The position numbers and the translations under genes are program-made. Of a stretch of DNA of 43,615 nucleotides, positions 34,632 through 43,615 are shown piece after piece (position 1 is the first letter of the stretch; each line of letters opens with the position of its first letter). This DNA comes from Diploschistes diacapsis (lineage: Eukaryota): positions 1-43,615 of the forward strand of contig JALAIB010000034.1 of NCBI GenBank assembly GCA_023645945.1, written 5' to 3'. The notes under the pieces are model-generated. The model ran no database searches and was not told where the DNA came from. It was given only the letters and a program-made list of their open reading frames with translations.

Positions 34632-36948
34632 TCATCCCCATTTCATCATAACAGTCTGCTTGCCTTTCTTTCCTTTTTTGCTCGTTTTCGCTCTCCCTTC
34701 AGCTTCAGCTTCAGCTTCACCTTCATCACCACTCGTCACCCCACTCAGGTTCCCGCTGTTCCCGCCCGACGCCCAAGGGTTTGCAGGCGTGGATGACCTG
34801 CTGTCCCACTTGACGGCGCCATGATGTAGGCCCACCATGTGCGTACTTGGTTTGGCAGTGGCAGGCAACGCAGGGAAGGCTTCCGGCCCACGGGCTGTAG
34901 ATGCAAAGGAAGGTGTAGCACGAGCATTTGACTGTGGTTGAAGGGACTGAGATGGTGTAGAGGACTTCCAAGGTGCGGCACCTGCCCGGCTACCGACAGT
35001 CCGACTGGCTGAAGCAAGGGAGGGAAACGGGTTTGCGGACGATGATGATGGCGCGTCTTCCACGCCAGCCCAGGCTACCTCTCTGTTTGCAGCGGAACGT
35101 GAAGATTGCGCGGTCGAGCTTTTGAGCTTTAGTATGCGCCGACCGCCACTCGTAGTGATTGGGGCTGTCGCCGCAAGTTCACTAGAAGGACCAGGGAGTG
35201 ATGGGTAGTCTTCGTGAATGGCACGCCAGTCATGCCAAGCTTTGAGGAGACCAGCCTTCTTTGTCTCGTTCTCATAAATGTCTGCAAGCTCTTTGATGAG
35301 TTTCCCCAAGTCGGAAGACGAACAGTCAAATAACGTAAAGAAGCTGTCGATCATCTCGGATGCCGTTATTGCAGAGTTACGATAAGAGGAAACGCGGTTT
35401 CGAAATTCGGTAATCTTACGAGGGTCGTTCTTGAGGATATTGGACGCACGGTCTAAAACAGCATTATGCTGTATTCTGCGTGCTTGCTCTTGGGGGGTAA
35501 GATTTCCGTCATTCACTGTCAGATTCTCAAGCTGAGGCATTGGATCTGGCGGTTGGTGACGAACTTGCCTATTTTCTTGGGGCCGTTGGTTGAGCGTCAT
35601 TGTGCCGTTTGCCAGTCCAGAAGCTGGAGATTGACTACTTTGAACTGCTAGTCCACGCTGATAAGCCAGCTCGTCTCTTCGCAGGGGTTGGGCGGAAGAA
35701 GCCGGTAAAGGCTCGGCATTCGGATCCCTTCCTCGCCCTCGTCCCCCTCTTCTCCCTCCTCGAGGCTCCGTATAAGGGGTTCTGTAATCAAAGTTTGAAA
35801 TGTCCACGATTCGAGCATCACGTCGTGCGTCTTTCGATAAGCCGTTCGGATGGGCTTCTAATTGATGCGCTTTCAGATCCATTTGAGAGGCAAAGACAAC
35901 GAATTTTTTGTCTAAACATTCCTTCTCAAGGCAAAGAAAGTGGTCTTTGGCGTAATGCTTCTCTAGTGCATTGTAGTCGAGGTAATATTGCGGTCTCCCT
36001 CCGCTTGACTGCCTTTCACAGATATGGCACTTTTCATGTGCGTCTCTGCAATGCACGTAGAGCTCATCATCGCCGTAGAATCTTCGCGCACAGAATCCAC
36101 ACTCTGGATGGCCTTTGAACCCGCTCTGGTCAACAGCGCCAGGATTATCATCGCCAAATTTCTCGTGTTTCCGAAGCTCTTGCTGTGTGAATAGCTCATG
36201 CTCGTGTGTGAAGACCTTCTTGTTGCGAGTACACAGGTCACACATCATCTTGTGATGAGCGTGTCGAACGTGCCGGTGGAGGTCCGGCCATCCCCGACAA
36301 GCCATGTCGCAACTAGGGTCCGGGCAGTTATATTGCAGAAGCAGGACGGTGTCCCCGTAGATCTCCTGCTTCTCATATTTAATCCCTAGTGTGTCATCCG
36401 TCCTCTCGATATCTGCATCCACAAAGTCCTCGAACCTTTTAGCCGAGTCATCTGTAAAGATCACATACTTTGCTTCTGTCTGATTGAGTTTAGTGCTGAA
36501 GTCTAATGATCTAGATCGGAGCATAACACACCCTACAGTGAGCGCAACCTCGGTTTTTGTACAGCGCTCTCATTCTTAGTCCACAGATATGGCAGGTTCT
36601 GTGATTGCATGGTGCGATAGACTGATGTACGACGGGCGAGGCGCAGATGAAGCAGACCTCCGCCTCAACTTCCCCGTCTTGCTCGGCTCGGTCTGCGATT
36701 GATTCCGCAGCGTCATTTCGCTGAACTGCGGGGGGCGCTTGGATTTGCACATCACTGCGAGGCTCCGTTATGGATGAAGCGGTTGCAGCAGGACGGCTTT
36801 GGAAGCTTGCTGTAATACCACGACTGCCACGTCCGCCGCCGCGACCTCTGCGCACTCCCCTGGGGCCGTAACTTCTGTAAGAAGCGTGTGTTCCTCTCGA
36901 GCTGCTGGGAGGCTGCTCTTCCTTTCCAATCTCCACCGGCAACGCCAT
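34632..36948 (-). CDS. HEL2: RING-type E3 ubiquitin ligase Hel2/ZNF598 (ribosome quality control)
   Basis: RING CFICA..CNHRTCHIC..CAHCR; intron 36480-36531; C2H2 array (CDLC, GHPECGFC, CHIC) and a C-terminal FPAL/KKGKKGK tail. Confidence 0.95.
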
Positions 36949-37847
36949 AACCAGCCGACCCTGCTCAAGCTGGAATGTATAAACTGCACGAGAGCTATGA
37001 AGAAGATGAGCGGATAGTCAGACTGCTTGGTGCACAGACGAGCAAATATGAAATCTTAGAGCGTCAGTGCGTTTATCCAGAGACCAGCGAGGACGAGGGG
37101 CAGATATCACAAGATTGTAACGTGGGGAGGCTCTCTCTCACCACAATTCTATATCTAACTTAGAGGTTAACGAGTGTTAATAGATTCTTAAGGTAACTTT
37201 TGAAGTTTACCCATACTCTATGAGAATCCTAATGAAGACTATGGAAGATTTTCCTACTACTAATACCCAAGGGTTTTTGTCCTAGACTCTAACTAGGCAA
37301 ACTGTGACTCACTCCTCACATCAGGAGAGACCACCGGTAACGTTGAAATTGGAAACTATTTGATATGTCAGTTTAGTTTCAGTACTGGCACAATAATGCA
37401 GTATTGTTGGTCTTTTGGCTATGTGGCTTAGCGGTACATCACACTATCGTGATCGCTTAGGTTCATTTATACTATCTTCGTGAGATTTTGCGACTAGTGA
37501 TTCTGCACGTTCAACTCATCTTATAGTCCTAAATACCTTAGCATTATTTTCCATTTCACCCCTGGGCGCAGAGAATAAGCTCAAGCGCATCCAGGAAGTG
37601 AAAATGTTCTAGAAGCTCGCCGCTTGGGTGTCAAAGCAACCAGCCCAGAGTGAAAAACCACATACAAACAAACAAATCAGCAGACCTAGAAGACTATCTG
37701 CTCTATCGCCGTTTCTGCCCGTTCCTCTACGTTTCCCTTAGTCCTGCCCCCAAAAGATTGCCAGTAGCTTGGGCTATGGCTTTAGGACCTGACTGTCGCT
37801 ACCCATATTTGGGCCAAAAAGTCAATCCAACTCCCGTATTCTGTTGA

Positions 37848-39116
37848 TCAAGCATATTCAGGAGGTAGTTCTTCCTTCTCAGCCAGTGGAATTAATCCAC
37901 TGTAACCCACTGATTCTTCCCATGTCGGTAGGCTGCCGTCCGAACCTTGCGGCCTGAGTGAAGGCCTTGCACCAGTTCCTGGAGGGTTTTCAGCATCCGA
38001 AGCGTGGCTTGCTAAGAGGGCAACGGGAAAGATTTCGAAATTGGCTTTGAACTTTTCTTTCACACATTCGATTGCACCTTGGATCTTGACTGTATATGCC
38101 CTGGCAATGTTGAACGTGGCAAAACTCTGTACCGAGTCTTGAGGCACAAGTAAGTTGAGGTGTAGCCGCAGGTCCGTGATGTCCTCTAATGGAAGACTGC
38201 CATTAAATTTGCCCAACTCGATGACCCTAGTCCAAGACGAATGTGATGCTGGTAGATACTTGGTCCCGTGATAATTCTCGACGTGGCCACGAAGTCCCGT
38301 TAGTGATTCAAGCTTGACGTTCAGCGACTTGATCTCCACCAAAGGATGACGCTGGACTGAGCCTGCCGGCTTATGTTGGACACTAATGAATAGAGGAATA
38401 GGCTGGCCAACGACAACAGCTTTCGGTATGCTCATCAAAATTCTAAAGGCTGCAGATGGCAGAGAACTCGGTTTCAAGGTCGTCAATAGCTTTTCCTTGA
38501 TGCTCAAGGACCTCTTGGTGTCGCCAGCCCCATCTAATAGTGGCGTCCGAGCTTCAAAGTCGCAGCCCTTAGTCACCATCTTCCAGTTTGGTACGGCATC
38601 TATCCTGTCCGGTTGAAAGTTAATGAACTTTCGGGCTTCAAGCTCCCCACTCTTGAACAGGTTTGATCGGGACTTTCCATTATCGATGGAAACGTAGATC
38701 CCATATGTTATTGAACAAGTATCTTGGGAAGACGCTGTATCCTTCTTCGCAACAGTAAACGTGGGAGGCAGTAGTTGGATCGGCTCGTTAGTGTAGAGAC
38801 GACTTGGTTCTTGAAAAGGGGAATGATGCTCATCGGAGGTATCAGGGAGAACAAAGTTGAATGGCCAGCTGTTAACCTCTTCTCGTAGCGTCGTTGGTTC
38901 TTGAAGCAACTTGATATTGCGCTCAATCAGGCAAGACTCAGCGCTATGAAGTGAGTTTAATTCAGGCAACCCAAAACGACACTTTGCTAAGCCCTTCAGA
39001 GATACGGTGATTTGTTGCGCGTAAACAGGCTTCGTGTGGCTGATCCTGACGACACCCGATACGTCGTCGCCTGCTTTCCATATCTGCCGCGGCTCTGAAA
39101 ATTCAATATCCAACAT
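37848..39116 (-). CDS. Alpha-arrestin-like protein
   Basis: Arrestin-N fold cues (GDDVSGVV, ITVSLKG..K, WPFNFVLP, LPPTF), SFATFNIARAY and a C-terminal PY motif LPPEY. Confidence 0.85.
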   Translation of the reverse strand: MLDIEFSEPRQIWKAGDDVSGVVRISHTKPVYAQQITVSLKGLAKCRFGLPELNSLHSAESCLIERNIKLLQEPTTLREEVNSWPFNFVLPDTSDEHHSPFQEPSRLYTNEPIQLLPPTFTVAKKDTASSQDTCSITYGIYVSIDNGKSRSNLFKSGELEARKFINFQPDRIDAVPNWKMVTKGCDFEARTPLLDGAGDTKRSLSIKEKLLTTLKPSSLPSAAFRILMSIPKAVVVGQPIPLFISVQHKPAGSVQRHPLVEIKSLNVKLESLTGLRGHVENYHGTKYLPASHSSWTRVIELGKFNGSLPLEDITDLRLHLNLLVPQDSVQSFATFNIARAYTVKIQGAIECVKEKFKANFEIFPVALLASHASDAENPPGTGARPSLRPQGSDGSLPTWEESVGYSGLIPLAEKEELPPEYA

Positions 39117-39793
39117 TTTCGGATTTCAACAGACAGACTCCTGTCAAGCTCGGAAGTGAGAACACCTACTTTAGATTCTTCCACAGAGAATGATCTCCTC
39201 ACCTTTTAGTCGCGTTTGTAAGCTGCTCAGCCTCACTTAGTGGATATCCGTTGCAAGATCTGCGACCGATATGTTGGCTGAACACAAACTTGAAGCAGAT
39301 TGTAGCTAGAGCTAGCCAGTATACGCGAGAAGCAGTTCAATTAGATACGGGACTTTTGAAGCGTCTCACCTAGGGAATAAACAAGAGGAGAGATTGATGG
39401 CGTCCTAGAAGCCGCTCCAAAGTACCTCCCAAACACATGAATGACAATACTGTCGTATCTCACCAACAATGGATCGATTCAGAGTTATATGAGGCACTGA
39501 TAGGTGAACATTGAGCTGGTATTCCTCGTAGTATACTGGGATTTGGGAGAATATTGAATGCATGAAAGAACAAACGGCTCTGAGACTTTCCGTTAAAAGC
39601 AGCAGGACCAATCAGGCCCTGAGGAAGTAAAAATGCAGAGCGATTCCGCCGAGCTAACGGCGATCCGAGATCTACCCTAAATCTTCGACCTCATCGACTT
39701 CAAAAATAGCAACATCTCTCCAATTAACACTCCGCTCCCTTATCACGTTCGTTCAATTCCTGCGCTCTTCTATTCTACTCCGATACAAGCAAG

Positions 39794-40981
39794 ATGTTGG
39801 TAAGATCAGCTTTGCGTACCGCACGCTCGGCTGGCCGCGCGAAGACCGCAGCACAAGCGGCCAAGGTAGCTACGACATCACGGCTGTTCCCAACCTGCAC
39901 TGTATTGACATCTGATTGCAGCGCTTTTTGTCCAACAATGCATCGTCAGCTTCTTCGCAAGCTTCGATGATAGCTACTGCCTGCGCTACGGCTGCTGTCG
40001 CGACCGGATCAATTGGATGGTTCTACTACGCTTTCGGGAACGAACTATATGCCATGACGCCTCAAGAAGAAGGGTAGGCAGCATCTTGAGCGCATCAGTA
40101 GGTTCTCGACAGAGACTAAAGGACCTCATATAGCCTTCACCCAACGCAATACCCTTGGGAACATACGAAATGGACAAAAACATTTGACCACCAGGGGTAA
40201 TGCCGATCTCGCATTGCACGAAGGTGTCAACTTACAGTTCACTAGTCTTCGTCGAGGCTTTCAAGTTTATCGTGAAGTCTGTTCATCCTGTCATTCTCTC
40301 GGTCGAGTTCCGTGGCGTAGCTTTGTCGGCGCTCTCCATACAGTCGATGAGATGAAGGCCATGGCAGAAGAAAACGAGTATGAGGGGGAACCAGATGACC
40401 AGGGCGAAACAACTAAACGGCCAGGCAAGCTGTCCGACTACATGCCTGCGCCGTACAAGAATGATGAAGCAGCGCGTGCCGCCAACAACGGAGCTCTGCC
40501 ACCAGATCTAAGTCTAATGGTCAAGGCTCGACATGGGGGTTGCGACTACATTTTCTCTTTATTGACTGGATATCCCGAAGAGCCGCCAGCAGGCGCTATG
40601 GTACAGTCTGGTCTCAACTTTAACCCGTATTTCCCCGGCACTGGTGGGCTCCATTCGTTGTTCCTTCCATTGGATGTTTCGTTAACCTTCTTTGCAGGCA
40701 TAGCCATGGCACGTGTATTGTACGATGGACTTGTCGAGTACGAGGATGGCACACCGGCTACTACGTCTCAAATGGCCAAGGATGTTGTGGAATTCCTTAA
40801 CTGGTCAGCTGAGCCTGAGATGGACGACCGTAAGAAGATGGGTATGAAGGTGTTGCTTATCACTTCAGTTCTTTTCGGCTTGAGCATTTGGGTTAAAAAA
40901 TACAAGTGGTCGAACATCAAGACGCGGAAACTGGTTTACGACCCTCCGGTCAACAAACCCGCAGGGCCACTGCAACGCTGA
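39794..40981 (+). CDS. CYT1: Cytochrome c1, mitochondrial
   Basis: Bipartite presequence; GLHPTQYPW, heme motif CSSCH, PPDLSL, IAMARVL and a C-terminal TM. Introns 39866-39921, 40074-40133, 40197-40245 and 40644-40697. Confidence 0.97.
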
Positions 40982-41768
40982 GAAGCATTTCTTTTGTTAA
41001 ATTCCGTACTAGAGCATTCGCGAAAACTGCAGAAAGGGGCCAATGAGACATGGCTGCACTGGGCCAATTCTGCATCGTGTGAAACTAATGTATCTATATA
41101 CTGATTCTGAGAGCACTTCACTACTTGCGATAGCCACGTCCGCTTCCGCTGCCGAAGTTGAGACGAGACATGTATCCTCAAAATCAACGATGCTAGAGAT
41201 ACTTACTTTTTATCCACACCTTTATAGCGTAAAAATGGAACCACATGAAGCTTTCCTAGATGGCCAGTGCAAGAAGTGTACCGCTAAAAGTATACCGTTC
41301 AAAGGATTTCCTGCAACGATGAAGACAGAGACACCACAAGACAAGACCTCAAGATTGATATCCGGCAAAGTGTTATTAATTAAGATAGCTATCTAGTTTG
41401 CATGGACGCTTTGCTGCACGCTTCGCACTATCACCAAACTCATCAGCCTTTACAGGAAGAAAAAGAACCCCTATATATAAAAACGTAGAGAACATCGGGC
41501 GCAAGCACAACAAACCACCCCCAAAAGATTTCATCGAGCTATAAAAACATGATGTGGTTAACAATTTTGCTTCATCCTCTATTGCCAATCGAATCGACTC
41601 GATCCAATTATGCAAGGATTCGGTATGTTTATCATTTCAAATTTCAACTACTATTGTTAATTGAATTATTGGTACTATTCATATATGCTCTCAGATTCTG
41701 TAATGACTTTCAGTCTTTCGATGCCTGCAGTGCTCAAGCAATTGCCGCCCTTCAGTGCTGCTGAAGGT

Positions 41769-42427
41769 TCAAGAACCCTTGTTGAAGATACTGAGAGTCA
41801 CAGCGGCACAGTTTCCGCCCGTGGGAACGCCAGAGGCAGTCGCAGCATAGGCGAGAGAGTATACCGAGTAGGAAGTAAGGTAAGAAGTCTGGCAGCCTGT
41901 GATTGTATGAGTTAGTGGATGGAGTTTTGAAAGGGCCTTTGGTAGTCTCTTCAGACTTCTGCCTGTCGCTGCCATATGACTTTGGAGATTGCGCCAGGCT
42001 CCTTAGACATGCGTGGATACAAAAATATTCACCGTGAGACGGTATACGCACCGTAGATCGTATTGTTCCCAAAGATCAAAGTCCCGTTCTTTTGCGAGAA
42101 CCCTTTCGTTCCGGACGCCCCAAGTTTGCCCACGAGCCAGTCGCCTCTTTCCTCGGGCACGATGACCGGATAGCCTTTGCTGTTGCCACCGGCAAAGTAC
42201 AGCTCAGTGTTGTTCAGGTAAACGGCGGCGCCGTAAAAGGTACCGTCGTGAGGATCGTTGAGCACCGTGTAATTCTGGCCATCCTCGCTATGCAAAAGGT
42301 TCAGATACTGCCCATTCCAGTCCACGTAGAATATCGACGATACAGCCCTGGTATGGAACGCGAGCGGCTTTGAGAAAGCGACTAAGGAGAAGATAGCGAA
42401 AAGTGCAATAGACAGGTGTGAAAACAT
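41769..42427 (-). CDS. Small secreted protein with two Cys (cell-wall or effector-like)
   Basis: Signal peptide MFSHLSIALFAIFSLVAFS. Intron 41897-42051 (GTGCGT..CTAAC..CAG) joins TIYG to CQTSY...GGNCAAVTL. N-glycosylation sequons present. Confidence 0.75.
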
Positions 42428-42725
42428 GTTGGTAAGATACTGGTACAGTAGTAGCAAGGGCAAGCAGCAACAGTCAGAGCGCGGATGAAAAGGTGGTTTC
42501 CATGCAGAGACAACGGGATGCTCTCCATATATGGTTGATGCTACAGCATCGTTCCTTTCAGTGGCACGTGGGGTGCTACCAATCAAGGACGGAACGAGTG
42601 AAAGGTTCCATTGCAGGTGGAGATTTAGACCAATGCGGACATGAAGTAGTATAGTACGAACTTACAGACGTTGCACCAGAGAAGTTGTCAGCCATCAATA
42701 TCAAGCCGGAGACAGACGCATCCTG

Positions 42726-43112
42726 TTGGACACATCTGGCATTTCTTTAACAGTGATACTACTCGCAGTTTATGCAACTTTCATGTATGGCTTTTGCGTG
42801 GCTTTGTGTGGCTCATTATGCGCCATCCAAATCGCGCGCAATACTTTTTATATTGCGCACAAGGTGCAGAAACGAGTAGGAGATGGGGTGCAACATGCAT
42901 TTTGGGATATGTCCAGACATGGGTGTATGCCCCCTGGATATGTCTTTTGCCAGAGCTCATACGGCGAGGACATGACCAACAACAAGGACTTGTGGAAAGA
43001 AAGGTCACGGGTCACGTGTAGCACTCGTAGCACTCGGGCCGAAAGCTCCAGCTCATCTGGTCCAATTTGTGTGAGAGAGCCCGAACCGACTCGGCCCGAA
43101 GATGATTCCTAA
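42726..43112 (+). CDS. Hypothetical protein with a hydrophobic segment (start unresolved)
   Basis: Frame open from about 42645 to 43112 with one TM-like stretch, but no clear upstream ATG or exon. Confidence 0.25.
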   Translation: MDTSGISLTVILLAVYATFMYGFCVALCGSLCAIQIARNTFYIAHKVQKRVGDGVQHAFWDMSRHGCMPPGYVFCQSSYGEDMTNNKDLWKERSRVTCSTRSTRAESSSSSGPICVREPEPTRPEDDS

Positions 43113-43200
43113 GCGAAGCGCAGGACTATAGTTGCAGATTATGGGCGCGGAAAAAAACGTAGATAAGAAATTAACTCCGAAAGTAACAGTCAATGGTTCA

Positions 43201-43381
43201 TCTACTGCTTTCATATTTATTACTTTTGAATCTATTGCTTTCGCACCTACTGCTTTCGAATTTACCTGCTTTTAAACCTACTGTTTTCGTATCTATTACT
43301 TTCGATTCTACTGCTTTTACACGTATTATTTTCGTATTTATTGCTTTTAAATTTATTATTTTTAAATCTATTACTATTGAA
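43201..43381. repeat. 15-bp minisatellite, about 12 degenerate copies, in an AT-rich RIP-like edge
   Basis: Units such as TCTACTGCTTTCATA, TCTATTGCTTTCGCA, CCTACTGCTTTCGAA and TTTATTATTTTTAAA; differences are mostly C>T and G>A. Confidence 0.85.
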
Positions 43382-43615
43382 AGTAAAAGTGGGATAACTA
43401 AATAGGCAGTGAATAACTAGTGATACTGATAGCTTGCATACATGTTATGATCTCTATCTCTACAACGTAGACACGAGGTATTTATCAAGGTAGGTTTGGT
43501 CTCTGGTAAAAGAGGAGTATGGAAGAAGAAGAAGTAGAACGGTAACAGGTCTATACTGATCTCTAGAAAAATTGTTATTTAATAATAAAAGTAAACTAAT
43601 ATAGATTGATCTCGA

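Noticed and set aside
1..43615. tRNA, rRNA, snRNA, TPP riboswitch, CRISPR array, intact transposase or secondary-metabolite cluster
   Set aside because: I found no cloverleaf, conserved RNA signature, repeat-spacer array or relevant enzyme motif by eye. A covariance-model scan would be needed to exclude divergent ncRNAs.

Overview
This is gene-dense genomic DNA from a filamentous ascomycete (Pezizomycotina-type). It has short spliceosomal introns of about 45-60 nt with CTRAC/CTAAC-type branch points, and AT-rich, RIP-like degenerate repeat sequence at both ends. I reconstructed about 22 protein-coding genes by splicing the ORF fragments by hand. Conserved housekeeping genes: PAM17, SLX9, UBA4, FCF1, BIG1-like, RRP17, tropomyosin, a probable securin, HEL2 and CYT1. 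Other recognisable families: a PD-(D/E)XK-like (DUF7924-type) protein, PNGase A, an RRM-like protein, an MFS anion:cation symporter, a Pth11-like rhodopsin-domain protein, an RlpA/expansin-like protein, a CSI2-like membrane protein and an alpha-arrestin. Poorly characterised: a 70-aa single-pass microprotein, a CFEM-like single-pass protein and two secreted proteins. The strongest oddity is that FCF1 can only be completed through a non-canonical GA-AG intron (donor GAAAGT) inside the conserved ADDC motif. Other leads are a tropomyosin with a 4-residue N-terminal extension replacing the NatB-type start, a possible split CFEM/Pth11 receptor module, covarying tandem hairpins at the left edge, a candidate GC-AG intron, and stop-riddled relic reading frames. 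I recognised no tRNA, rRNA, CRISPR array or intact transposon. All family assignments come from motif recognition, not database searches.
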